DNA of 64,000 bases from the NCBI GenBank assembly GCA_043228905.1, contig JBHGNT010000009.1:13516001-13580000 (forward strand), given 5' to 3'. The DNA is from Azolla caroliniana (taxonomy: Eukaryota > Plantae > Polypodiophyta). The translations under genes were made by a program, and so were the position numbers. The notes under the pieces were generated by a model that had not been told where the DNA came from, made no database searches, and saw nothing but the letters and a program-made list of their open reading frames with translations. Below, one piece after another: positions 47,402-60,788 of this stretch (its first letter is position 1; each line of letters begins with the position of its first letter).

Positions 47402-50400
47402 TGTTAGGAAACAGGTCCCTCTGGATGGGATTGGAGTACCCGGCAACGGAAGACCTGGTGAGAACCGGATGACAAGTACCCGGCTATGGAAGACCCGGTG
47501 AGAACCGGATGACAAGTACCCGACAACGGAAGAACCGGTGAGAACCGGATGACGAGTATCCGGCTACGGAAGACCCGGTGAGAACCGGATGACAAGTACC
47601 CGGCAACGGAAGACCCGATGAGAACCAGATGACAAGTACCCGACTACGGAAGACCCGGTGAGAATCGGATGATGAGTACCCGACAGGAGCTGGATGGTGA
47701 AGGCCCAGTGTAAAGTGCTCACTGGATGAAGGGACACATTCGTAAATATGTTTTCTGAGAGTCCATCGGGGCTATATTTGTAAATAGCCGAAAAGTCATA
47801 TTAGTATAAATATGACTTAGGGCAAACTTAGAGAATGTTGTTGTTATTCTTGTTGGTGCAAGATTAGAGCGCGCAACAATGTACAGAGACAAAGAGAGAG
47901 AGAAAGAGACGAAGAGTTCGTATCTCTGTTGTAACCGCCGCCTGTGGTGAAGATAGCAAGCTCGAGGTCGTTGCCTCGGTGCTTCACTATTGTACATTTT
48001 GATATTGTGATAGTTTGTAATCTGTGGGCTGCCGTGGTTTTTCCCTAGTTTGGGTTTTCCACGTTAACATCCTGTGTACTCTTCTCTTCCCTGTGTCGTG
48101 CGTTCATTATCCATTTTCTATGTTTGACTTTAGACTCGGTTGTTGCCGAGCACTGTTCATTGGAGTGTGTAGTTCCTGTCAAAGTGGTATCAGAGCGAAA
48201 CGACACAAAAAATGGATGAATCGTTGGGAGGCATGTTCAAGCTCACCGGCTCCAACTATTCGATGTGGAAGTCTAAGATGAGGGACATGCTCGTGGTTAA
48301 AGATCTTTGGTTTCCGGTTCAGTTCGGGGACAAGAGACCGGACAAAATCGACACCACGATATGGGAGGTGATGCACATGAAGAAAATGGCGTACATACGG
48401 TGCTTCATCGACAGGAGTCTATACAACAACGTCAATGAAGAGAGCAAGGCTCATGAGTTCTGGGAGAAGATCGGCATTATCTTTCAAAACAAAAATGTTG
48501 TTAATCAGGTTTCGGTATTTCGGAAGCTAGTAAGACTCCGGTACCAAGATGGCTCCAGCATGGCAGAGCACATGAATGCCTTCCAGGGGCTGATCCACCA
48601 GGCAACATCATTGGAAGTACCTCTCGCCGATGAGGTAATAGCGCTACTCCTGCTCAATTCCCTCCTAGATAGCTGGGAGATGTTGGTTGTCACTTTGGGC
48701 AACGCCGGGCCGGAAGGGAAACGGTTATCCCTAGCAAGAGTGAAGTCGAGCTTGCTAGATGAGGAGGCGCATCGGAAAGATAAGGATACGAGCTCCAACT
48801 CCAAAGTGCTCCTTACCGAATCGGAACGCGGAAGACAAAGGAACTGTAGCCCCCAGAACCGGGAAAAGTTGGGGACACGGTCAAAGTCAAAGGGGAGGCC
48901 TACTTGCTTCTATTGCGGCAAGCAGGGACATTTCCAAAAGAACTGTCGGCACTTCCGAAAAGACAAGGAAACCAACGGTACCGATTCGAAGCGGACACCG
49001 GACCGGAACGGTAAGGACCGGAGGGGGCCGGACCGGAAGGGAACGACGCCCATCGTGGCAAGCGAAGAAGAGTTGGTACATGCCGAATTGTCGGCATAGG
49101 AGACGTGTGGTTGACAACACTAACCAGATGCAAGCTGCTGCTGAAGGATGTCCGACACGTTCCGGAGGTTCGTCTGAGCCTGATATCAGCCGGTCGGCCA
49201 GATGATGAAGGTTACACGGTTCGCATCCGGAACGGTGTTATGAAGTTTAGCAAAGGGAGCCTCATTGTGGCTCGGGCCCGGAAGGTCAACACGTTGTACC
49301 TGATGAATGCCCGGTTATGCCCGGAAGAAGTGAACGTGGCATCTGACACTGCCGGTGAGCTGTGGCACAAGAGGCTGTGTCACATGAGCGAGAAGGGGAT
49401 GAAGAGGCTTGCAGACGACAACCTCATTCCAGTGAAGAACGTGCACTTGGAGAAGTGCATTGATTGTCTGGCCGGTAAACAAAACCGGACCTCCTTCCGA
49501 TCGAGGCCACTGATGAGACGTAATGCATCACTAGAGTTGGTGCATACTGATGTATGTCAAGTGGACACGAAGTCACATGCCGGATCGCAGTATTTCATGG
49601 CGTTCATAGATGACCACAACCGAAAGTGATAAACAGATCACCCTCAGTATCCTTGGATGGAGACACGCCATAGAGAGTCTGGACCGGTAAGGAAGTATCC
49701 TACCGGCATCTGAAGGTATTCGGGTGTCTTGTGTATGTGCATGTAGCTAAGGACCGGAGAGGAAAACTAGATCTGAAGACCCGGCCATGCATATTCCTCG
49801 GTTACGGCGACGATGAGTGTGGGACCTGGTCGACAAGAAGGTATTTCGGAGTCGAGATATTATCTTCATGGAGGACAAGACGCTCGCCGACTGGGAGTCG
49901 GAGAAGAAGATAATGAACTTCAAGTCGACCGGTAAGGATCGATTCTACGATGAGCAGACCCAAGCGGCAAGAGATCGGTTAGCACTCGAGCAACCAACCG
50001 GTTACGGTGAGGATACCGAACCGGCAGAAGAAGAAGTAGAGGAAGTTGAAACCAGAACCGGCCAAGACCCCGAATGACAAGTACCCGGCTACGGAAGACC
50101 CGGCCAAGCTGAAACCAGAACTGGATGGCAAATACCCGGCTACGGAAGACCCGGTGAGAACCGGATGACAAGTACCCATCTACGGAAGACCCGGTGAGAA
50201 CCGGATGACAAGTACCAGGCAACGGAAGACCCAGTGAGAACTGGATGACGAGTACCCGACTACGGAAGACCCGGTGAGAACCGGATGATGAGTACCCGGC
50301 AAGAGCTGGATGGTGAAGGCCCAGTGTTAAGTGCTCACCGGATGAAGGGACAGATTCGTAAATATGTTTTCTGAGAGTCCATCGGGGCTATATTTGTAAA

Positions 50401-50798
50401 TAGCTGAAAAGTCATATTAGTATAAATATGACTTAGGGCAAACTTAGAGAATGTTGTTGTTATTCTTGTTGGTGCAAGATTAGAGCGCGCAACAGTGTAT
50501 AGAGACAGAGAGAGAGAGAAAGAGACGAAGAGTTCGTATCTCTGTTGTAACCGCCGCCTATGGTGAAGATAGCAAGCTCGAGGTTGTTGCCTCGGTGCTT
50601 CACTATTGTACATTCTGATATTGTGATAGTTTGCAGTCTGTGGGCTGCCGTGGTTTTTCCCTAGTTTGGGTTTTCCACGTTAACATCCTGTGTACTCTTC
50701 TCTTCACTATGTCGTGCGTTCATTATCCATTTTTTGTGTTTGACTTTAGACTCGGTTGGTCTCGAGCGCTATTCATTGGAGCGTGTAGATTCCTTTCA
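47402..50798 (+). mobile_element. Element E: internally deleted Tork-like Copia (3397 bp)
   Basis: 5' LTR 47402-48181, PBS 48185-48196, gag 48212..49099. Deletions at ~49075, ~49625 and ~50072 (RT-RH, PPT and LTR start lost). 3' LTR ends at 50798. Perfect TSD GGAAC. Confidence 0.93.
47432..47685 (+). repeat. 40-bp tandem array (~6 units) in U3 of E; repeated at ~50073-50300
   Basis: Unit AGAACCGGATGACAAGTACCCGGCTACGGAAGACCCGGTG. Confidence 0.92.
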
Positions 50799-53239
50799 GG
50801 AACTTCTCCGACACTCGCGATCGGATGCAGAGTGTCTTTTCCGGTTGCGACTACTCTTGGTTGCATCGGTTTTTCTAGGTACGAGAACCACTCCTTATGG
50901 CTCGTCATGTGATTTGACGCGCCGGAGTCGATGTACCACACCTCGTCAGATTTCGGGGTGGTCTACTTCATTGAGTTTGCTTCGTGTCTCGTCACGAAGA
51001 CTGACCCTTTTTCGGCTTCTCCAGATCCTTCGGCGTAGTGCAATCGCTGCTGGTTTCCTTTGTCAGTATGTCTGGAACCGGTTCTCTCCGACTCGGCGCG
51101 CTTTTTCCAGCACTCGCTCTCCTTGTGGTCTTTCTTGCCACAGTACCAGCATTCCACGGCGGAGTTCCCTTGCCGGTTCTCATCGCCTCGATTCCCCCTG
51201 TTTCCGGAGTGTCTGGAGTTGCTGTCGGCATCACTTCGGTGCCTTCTTCCTTGATCTCTTTGGCCGCCTCCATTGTGCACCGACTCGCCTCGTCCTCCAC
51301 ATCCACATGGCCTATCTCCCTCCGTGTACAACATCTTGCTGTCGGTGTGCGTGCTTGTTCATGCATCCACGTGGTTCTCCTCTACCAGGAGCATCAACTG
51401 TAAGTCGAAAAAGGGTGGCGTATTCTCCTAGGTACACACAGTAGTTCGGAACGCCCTGAACTTCGACGTAAAACCCCCGAGACAGACCTGGACCACTTCG
51501 CTTTCCTCGATGTTCACATCGATGGAAGCTAAGGAGTCGCATATGTCCTTGATCTTCGAGGTATAGTCAGCCACTGACAAATCGCGTTGTCGTAGGTTGC
51601 TCAACTCCTATCGGAGCTGGAGCTTCCTGGTTGTGGTGCTCGCAGTGAAGATCTTCTTCAGATTTTCCCACGCACCCTTCGGCATTTTTGCATCCCGAAC
51701 GTAGCTTAATAGCTGTTCGCCCACACAAGACGCGAAACAGTACAACACTCTGCTCGTCGATTGTTCCCATGCCGGGAAGTCTTTGTGTGTCGATTCGGGT
51801 GCCGTGTCATTCACTCCTTCAACATAGCTCTAGTAACCATGCCCAAGCAGGTACTGGTGCATCTTGTAGGACCAAGATGCATAATTGGTTCTATCGAGCC
51901 TCTCCGTCGGAAGCGAGCTAGCCATTCCTCTGTCCATCGGTTTTCTGGTTCTTCTTCGTTGGTTTTCCTTCAAGAAAAACTGGCTACAGAGGTTCTCAAC
52001 CCTCACACTCTGATACCATGGAAAGAATGGCGTGTGGAAGCAATATATGAAACCGAACAACAGAGAACGCAGGTTTAATGGAAAGCTTAGGTTTGCACAG
52101 TACGCACGGGAGAGACAGAGAGAACACACAGAAAAAAAAAGTCAATTAAAAAAACTAACACTCTGTACATACATCGCGCTCAGTGAGCACCTTTTATACA
52201 AGCCCTGACAATGGGCTGACACAAGTACTGACAGTACTTGACTGCTCATAAATGAGCCTCGACTCTTACTCCCAAAACTATTCCTTACGAGGAATATCTC
52301 TCTAATGGCCTTTCAGTTTACGCACCGATACGGCCTTCCTACGCACTGGTCTACGTATCCGTTTTATGCACCGGTCCGGCCTAGTCGATCGGTCCCAACC
52401 GATCCGGTCCTCGACTTCCTCAGCCGATCCGGCCGATGTTGAGCTTGTCTCTCAACAATATGACCAAGATGCATAGTTGCTCTGGTCGAGCTTTTCTGTG
52501 GGAAGCGAACTTGCCATACCTCTGTCCATCTTAGTGCTCTTCTATTCTTCACCGGGTGTTAGGGTTTGTCTTCAAAAGCGTTTGTCGATTGCAGAGGAGT
52601 CTCAACCCTCGCACTCTGATACCATGTTAAAGTTAGTACGCGGAAGCGTATGACAAACCGGCTCAGCCAGATTCCAATAGAATGTAGAGAAGAAGGTTTA
52701 ATGGAGATGTTAGACAAAGAATACACGGGAGAGACAGAGAGAGAATAGAACATGAACTAAATTAAAAAATAATAATCCTCTATACATAGAATGTTCTTAG
52801 AGAGCACTTTTATACAAGTCCATAATGGACTGATAGAAGTACTGACAGGTACTTCAATGCTCACCTCCTACGACCGACTGACATTGACTCCCAAAAATAT
52901 GCCTACGTACTAGGTTGGTTCCATAGGCCTCTAGCAATGTACCGGTTTCAATCTGATCCGGCTCCTGGTTCCAGATATCATCCGGACACCGATCCAGTTC
53001 TCCGTTCCGGATACCAATCTAGCCCTGGTTTATTCAGCCAATCCGGATCCGATTGAGCTTGTTTGATCAACATTAGTGAGTAGAAATTTTTGTTTCCTAT
53101 CTGCTGAGTAATCTCTTGTGTATTCAACTCATTCTTCTTCTACTGGCAACTATAAAATGTCAATAAGTCGATCACAGTACATAAATATGATATCGTAATT
53201 TCCCTCTACCTAGTAGTATGACTATTGACCGAACAACAC

Positions 53240-56200
53240 TCTTGTGGGTGGGTTTGGTTAGTCTTGTCTTAAGATTTTGTCCATCAGTGGGTTCTTCGTC
53301 AACATGTCGGATCCATTGTCGTCAATATGGATCTTCACAGGGGTAAACTCTCCTTCTTCCAATTTCTCTCACAAGTGATACCTCCTTTGTATATGTTTGG
53401 TCCGGGAGTGGTACATAGGATTCTTGGCTAAATGTATGGCACTTTGGCTGTCACAATGAAGCAAGAAGTCCCTTTGCTTCATTCCCAACTCACTACCGCT
53501 GCCATGTACTCTGCCTCTGTGGTCAACAAGGCCAAAAATTTCTAAAGTCGTGACTGCCATGACACTACTCCCCTACATAGGTCATCAAATACCCTAATGT
53601 GGATAGATTTGAGTCTATGTCCCCCGGCATGTCCGAGTCTGTAAACCCTTCAAGCATGGGTTTTCTGACACCATACCTTAGGCATACCCTTGAGGTGCCT
53701 TTCAAGTACCTAAGTGTCCATTTAACAGTTGCCCAGTGTTCTCGTCCTAGACTACTCATATATCAGCTTACTACTCCCATAAGAAATGTTATGTCTAGTC
53801 TCGTGCAGAACATAACATACATTAAATTTGCGACGGCTGAGGCATACGGTACTTTCCTCATCTCAACCTTTTCTTCGTCCCCTCTAGGGCATTTTCTTAG
53901 CATTCATCTTGCAATTTAATGGCAACACAGAGCCGACTGGCTTTGGTTCCGACATGTTGAACCTCTCCAAGATCAGTTAGTTCGTGTAAGGACTTGTATA
54001 AAAGTGCTCACTGAGCGCATTGTATAAAATTAGTAGGTAGGCGTATTTTTCGGAGTCAGTGTCAGTCACTCGTATGAGCATCGAAGGATATGTCAGTATT
54101 TATGTCAATTCGCGTAAGGACTTATATAAAAGTGCTCACTAAGCACATTGTATGTATATAGTGTTATTATTTTGAATTGGTTTTATGTGGGTCTGCTCTC
54201 TTTGTCTCTCCTGTGCATTCTCTATTCTTAAGCTTCCATTAAATCTTCTTTCTCTGTTTTATTGTTGTACTATGGCTGAGCCGATTTGTCTATAGGCTTG
54301 CGCACGCTATTCTTTACATGGTATCAGAGTGTGAGGGTTGAGAACCTCTACAACGGACAAGCGCTTTCTAAAGACAAAACCTAACACCCGGTAAAGAACA
54401 GACAGAAGGAAAATATTGACCGAGGAATGGCTAGCTCACTCCCGACGGAGAAGCTCGATAAATCCAACTACGCATCTTTGTCATACAAGATGCACTAGTA
54501 CTTGCTCGGGCACATTTACTAGAGTTATGTCGATAGACCTAACAATACGGCACCTGATGCGGCACACAAGGAGAGCGAGTGCTGGAAGGAGAGCACTGAT
54601 TCGGACAAATACGGATCCGGCAAGGATGGTCAAGGAAGCTGGCAAAGCTCGCACTACACCGAGGAATCGGAAAAATCCAATTTCGTAAATGGAACTAGCC
54701 CAATCTTTGTGATGAAACACAAGGTTAATTCGATGAAGAATACCATTTCCGGTTCGAAGGAAGTGTGGTATGTTGACTTCGGAGCATCGAATCATATGAC
54801 GAGCCACGAATACAGAAATCGGAGGAACCAGGAGTTGTCGAAACCGGAGACAACACTCCTCATACCATCGAGCACATCGGTGAGGTCCCTCTCAACCATG
54901 TTGGGCAGAAGGGAGAGTTGATGAACGTCCTGCACATCTCGACAACCTGGTGTCAATCGGACAGATTGTTGATCAAGGGACGTAGGTCTAGTTCACACAT
55001 CTCGGGTGTTTCATCGAAGAACAGGGCAAAGTCATCACGCAAGGCCGCTTAGACGGGAGAATGTTTATCCTCGAAACGAATGATGTTTGCACTGCTATGT
55101 TTGCAAAAGGGTAGAAAGTCGAGTCAAACATCGATTTGTGGCATAAGCAAATTGGTCACATCAACTTCCAGAAGCTTTAAGAGTTGCAATCAGAACACGT
55201 AGTTTCCGGACTACCGAAGTTCAGTGGGCGGAAAGGCCAAATATCTGAAGCTTTCCATCTCGGGAAGCAACATAGGCTTCCATTCCCCAATGAGAAGAAT
55301 CGGAGCTAGAATTGGCTTGATCTCATCCATTGAGACGTGTGGGAACCGGCACAAAATGTGAGCATTGGCGGGAGTCGGTATTTCGTATCCTTCATCGACG
55401 ATTTCACACGACACACTTGGATCTATCTAATCGAGAAGAAAAGCAAAGTCTTCTTGTGCTTCCGGGATTTGAAGAACCTTGTCAAACGCGAGACCGGAGG
55501 AAAGATCAAGTATCTTAGATCGGATGGCGGAAAAGAGTACATTTCCAACTAGTTCACGAGCTATTTGCAGACAAAGGGAATCCGACAGAGACTCTCTTGA
55601 AGATACACGCTGGAGCAGAACGGCGTGGCCAACCGTTGGAATAGGACATTGGTCGAAGCGGCAAGGGCCATGCTTGAGGAGGAAAGCATGCCCAAAGATT
55701 ATTGGGCCCAAGCAATTCGGACAACCGTCTACATCCAGAATCAGATATCTGCCTTAGGGACAGATATGTCACTGCACGAACTCTATTTTGAGCGGAAGCC
55801 GAATTTGGCACACCTTCGGGTGTTCAGTAGCATTGCATATGTGCATGTGCCAAAGGAAAAATGGAGGAAGTTAGACGCGAAAGACAAAAAGTGCATTCTC
55901 GTCGGCTACTCGGATGAACAAAAGGGTTATAAGTGTTATAATCCGTGATTGAAAGAGATGATGCTTTCAATGAATCGACATCATGGTACTTCTCCTCACC
56001 TGAGCCCGAGCCGATTGTTGTAGATGATTCAGTGGAGTCCATAATAGAGAGAAGTGTTGCGGAATTCGAACAACCGAATAGTCCGACTTCGCTCCGGATG
56101 AGTGGACCGAATCCGAACTGGTTGAGTCTGAGTGGTCAACCAGATGATGAGCCCGCGAGTAGTGAAGACTCGGTTGTGGTCTCCCCGCATAAGGAATCAA

Positions 56201-59200
56201 GGAGACGGTTCACACGCAAAGAGAATGGGAAGAAGAAGATGCTGGAGTACGACACTGGCAGAGATGAGTCGGATGGTAGTGAATCCAACTACGGACAAAA
56301 CGGAGATGGACGTTCGGAAAATAAGTCCGAGTCAGCCAAGAGGGTCATGAAATCGGCGAACCAGAAGTTGTGCCGCTAGAAAAACCCTGCAAAAAGGTAC
56401 GGATATAACGAGTACATGGCGCATCACTATGCATACATGACGAAGGTGGCGTAAGTGTATGAGCCAAAGAGCTACACAAAAGCAGTAGAAAATGAACAAT
56501 GGTGTGCCACTATGCAGAATGAGATTTGGTGTGCCGCTCATGGAAAATGAGACGTGGGATTTGGTGGACGTACCAAAAGGAGTGAAGCCGATCGGTTTTC
56601 ATTGGGTATACAAAGTCAAATACAATACCAACGGCTCCATCAACCGGTACAAGGCCCAGTTAGTGGCAAAGGGCTACACGTAGTAGCACGACATCGACTA
56701 TGATCAGACGTTCGTGCCGGTCGCAAAGATGAAAATTGTCCGTGTCCTCCTTGCAGTGGCAGCGGCGAAGGGCTGGCATCTACATCAGATGGATGTGAAA
56801 AACACGTTCCTGCAAGGTGATCTTGAGGAATAGGTGTTTATGGTTCAACCCCCCGGTTTTCAGGGTTTTCAGTCCGAAATGAATACATCGGCAGTGTGCC
56901 GATTGAAGAAGTACCTCTACGGACTCAAGCAAGCCCTGCACGCCTGGAACGCAAAGATCACGCAGAGACTACGTTGTATGGGGTTTGATCTGTCGAAATC
57001 AAACTCTTCACTTTTCATCCGGTAAGGTCGAAACGGGTTGGTGAGCATATTGCTATATGTGGATGATCTTGTCATTGCCGGCGTGACATTCAAACGAAAT
57101 TGGCCGTGTCAAATCCCAACTTGTAGGATTATTTGAGATGAAGGATCTAGGAGACCTTCATTACTTCCTTGGGATCGAAGTAATCCGCACCCCGGAAGAT
57201 ATACTGATCAGTCAATGCCACTATGTGTTCAGTATGCTCTTCAAATTCGATATGATGGAATGCAAATCCATCTCGACTCCTCGGGACCGGAATGTAAAGC
57301 TTCGCCCCAACTCTAGAATGGCATGCGACCCGAAAAGGTTCTGACAAATAGTTGGAAGCCTTATCTATCTGACCATCAACCAGTCGGACCTCAACTATCG
57401 GGTCAGATTGATTAGTCAAATCATGGTGCATCTGACCTTGGAGCACCTTGAGTGCATGCACCGAATACTCATGTATGTTGGCGGCACTAAGGACAGGGAG
57501 TTGTTGTATCGGACCGGTGTTGCCGGACAGCTTGTCAGCTACACGGATACCGATTGGGCTAGAAATGCCGGTGACCGTAGGTCTACATTCGGATATGCAG
57601 TTTCACTAAAAACCGTTGTGTTCGCTTGGAACAATAGAAAGCAGCCAACAATAGCACTATCGAGCACAGAGGAGAGTCCCAAGGAACGGTTGTCACAACG
57701 TGTGAAGCGATATGGCTAATGAGGCTCCTGAAGGATCTATGAGTGGAGGTGTCTTATTCGATGATGATCTATTGCGACAACCTTAGCAACATCCAGTTGG
57801 CAAAGAACCTTGTCTTTCACGCAGGGACTAAGCACATAGAGGTGCACTATCATTGTGTCTGAGGGAGCGTTCTCTTCGGTGAAGTGGGACTGTTGCATGT
57901 TTCGACGTATCGGTAGGTGGTTGATACCTTCACCAATCCACTAGTTTTAGACAAATTGTAGAAATTTTCCTGTGCACTAGGTGTGTAGTACCTCGATATG
58001 CCAAACTTGAGAGGGAGGAATGAGGAAGACGACCAAAAAACCGCTTCAGAAAACGATTTCGATTTCGTCCGGAACTGAAGAAGTCGAAGTGCACCGGATG
58101 GCTGAGGAAGCCAAACTGGACGCAAGGGGTACCACCAGAATGGAGAGCCCAAGCTGGAAACAACCGAAGCAAGAGGAGAGATGAAGAAAAAGGAAGCCGA
58201 TTCAATTGAAGAAGTCGGCACATCCGATAAAGTCGAAACAAGCGGTGATGGCGGCAAAGTCAAGAAGGACAGAGCCGACTGGAAGGCCAAGACCCGGACG
58301 TGATCCGATATGGTAAAGGCCTGAAGATTGGGGATGAATTGCAAACAACCAATTCAGACAAAAGGTGGAACGAATCAGAGTCACCTGATTCGAAAGCGGT
58401 GCTTGATTCGGAGGAAGCGGAACAACTGAGGACCAAACAGACAACGAGGCAATGGAATTTGACACCGACATGGTCCTGTCCTCTAGCTCAAGACGCGCTA
58501 GAGTCGTAATGACAAAGTAGCTGAGGTGAGCCTTTCTGAGCAGACAAGCTAACCGCGAAGGTCAAGATGCATGGAACCGGACGCGTTGCGGGATGATGAA
58601 CCGGACCGAACGAGGAGCGCAAGGTAGGCGGGAGGACGCTAGGGGGAGCCGGAAGAGAGGACCGGCTACCACAAACACTGACACCATGATCCGACCTCAA
58701 CTTGAGCTTGAGGGGGAGTGTTGAGTGGACAAGCTCAACCAGATCCACATCGGCTGAACAAGCAAGAGCCGGATCGGTGTCCGGATCGGTATGCGGAACC
58801 AATAGCCGGATCAGATTGGAACCGGTACGCCGTTAGAGGCCTACGAATCTAGCCTAGTACGTAGGCGTATTTTTGGGAGTTAGTGTCAGCCGCTCATATG
58901 GGCATTGAAGTACATGTCAGTACTTCTGTCAACCCATGTAAGGACTTGTATAAGAGTGCTCACTGAGCACATTGTATGTATAGAGTATTATTATTTTGAA
59001 TTGGTTTTATGTTGTTCTGCTCTCTTTGTCTCTCTTGTGTATTCTCTATTCTTAACCTTCTTTCTCTATTTTATTGTTGTAATCCGGCTAAGCCGGTTTA
59101 GCTACAAGCTTCCCCATGCTATTCTTACAAGATCTTTGTCACATATTTCTCTTGTGACAACCACAACACTTACTTAGCTCTATCTTGAACTATATGCATC

Positions 59201-60788
59201 CCCAAGATTTGTTTTGTTGATCCATGATCTTTCATGGAAAACCACTTGCCTAAAGCTTTCTTCAAGCTTCCGATCTTCCTTGTATCTTGTTCGACTATCA
59301 ACATGTCATCCACATATAATAAGAGCATCAAGAAGTTACCTTCATCGTACCTTTTGACGAACACATAGTGATTAGCTTGTGTTCTCTGGAACCTATGTTC
59401 TTGCATGAAGAACTCGAACTTCTTGTACCATTGGCGTGGACCTTGTTTCAGACCATAAAAGCTTTTCTTCAGTAGACACACCAAATTCTCTTTCCCTTTC
59501 TCCACAAACCCTTCGGGCTACTGCATGTAGATTTCCTAATGTAACTCCCCATTTAAGAATGTTTTCTTGACATCCAACTATTCGATCTCTAGGTCCATAC
59601 TGGTAGCAATGCTGAGAGCATTTCGAATAGATTTCATCTTTACGACTAGAGTGAATATCTCACTGAAGTCAACACCCTTTTTCTGTTGAAACCCCTTCAC
59701 CACAATGCGGGCTTTATATCTGGGTGTGTTGTTGACTTCTCTAGTCTTCACCTTGTAGACCCATTTATTTCTAAGTACTCTCTTATCTTTTGGTAGCTCC
59801 ACAAAATCTTAAGTAACCAAATCATAAGTATAATTTTCGTGCAAGTAGTCCATCTAGTCTTCTATTGAACTCTGTCATTTTTCTTTGTGCTTATTGGTTA
59901 TGGCTTCTTCATAGCACTCAGGTTCACCTTCATTAGTCAAGAGGATGTATTAACTAGCATATGTAGTCAGTTCTCTTCTTTCTATGACTGGGTATCTCCC
60001 TCCATTCGTTGTCAGCTCCGGCTCAGATGACTCTATCGACTCTTCTCTACACTTCGGGTTCATACATGTCAATTGGTTGCCGAAGGTTGACCGAACCCGA
60101 CTCGTATTCCTCAATCGAATTCAATTGTTCTACCAACTCTGACTCATATGTATTTGTCAGTGGCTCCAAGTCGACCAACTCAGATTCCGTTGTGCCGATT
60201 GGCTGTCTCCGATCAACCGACTGTGTCAGTTGGATTGGCTTTAGGTCGGTAGTAATGGGATTCGACTAGGAGTCAATTTTGACTTCTATTGCTTCCAGTC
60301 CTCTATTTTCTTGTCTTCCAAGAAGACTACATCCTAAAGCCTCACTACTTTCTTATTGACTAAGTCCCACATCCTATAGCCGAACTTATCCTCCGAGTAT
60401 CCCATGAATATGCATGGTTTCGACTTGTTGTCGAGCGTCGACCTCTGATCCTTAGCCACATGCATATACATTAGGCATCCGAACACCCTTAGTTGCCGGT
60501 AGGAGACATCCTTTCCTTTCCACACCCTTTGTAGGACATCACCATTCAATGGTACTGAGGGACACCTGTTGATCAGATAAATAGTTGTATACATCGCGTC
60601 AGCCCAATATGATTTCGGTAACTTAGCATCAGAGAGCATCCTCCTTACTTTCTCCATGATCGTTCAATTCATTCTCTCTATAAACCCATTAACTCAGGGA
60701 TCTTAGGTATTGTGTATCCGATTCAAATACTTTAGGCCTTGCAATATTCTTCGAATTGCCCTCTATATTCACCACCGTTGTTGGTTCG
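53240..60788 (-). mobile_element. Element H: heavily decayed Tork-like Copia pol fragment, interrupted by G
   Basis: RH/RT fragments at 53369-53970 and 59135-59800 (QEKYVTKI|LERFNMS across the insertion). IN 60334..60657. Confidence 0.8.
53975..59129 (+). mobile_element. Element G: decayed C-family Copia with an aberrant 5' LTR start
   Basis: TSD AGATC (53970-53974 and 59130-59134). 5' LTR ends at 54318, PBS 54319-54329, pol fragments, PPT 58710-58718, 3' LTR 58719-59129. Confidence 0.9.

Larger units (their letters stand above)
38339..51937 (-). pseudogene. Decayed gag-pol of C-a, interrupted by D and E
   Basis: gag 50963-51937, PR (WYIDSGASNHMT), IN 46300-47400, RT 45130-45750, RH 38910..39506, C-terminal tail ending ELEGEC* at 38339. 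Confidence 0.88.
37940..52457 (-). mobile_element. Element C-a: full-length C-family Copia carrying nested elements D and E
   Basis: 3' LTR 37940-38344, PPT 38345-38352, 5' LTR 52019-52457, PBS TGGTATCAGAG directly abutting the LTR (52008-52018), perfect TSD ATATG. Confidence 0.95.
35600..53072 (-). mobile_element. Element C-b: 3'-truncated C-family Copia hosting a solo LTR and element C-a
   Basis: 5' LTR 52625-53072 and PBS 52614-52624. gag is split at 52463/37934 and 37456/37019. PR-IN 35610-36700 ends abruptly at the C-c LTR remnant. Confidence 0.8.

Noticed and set aside
37940-52457. Assigning the C family to the moss centromeric Bryco/RLC5 lineage
   Set aside because: The PBS is the standard 3'-end tRNA-iMet type, and lineage cannot be fixed without an RT phylogeny.
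53073-53240. Possible host (non-TE) sequence
   Set aside because: It is short and AT-rich with no recognisable feature. It may be a decayed LTR of H, and no call can be supported.
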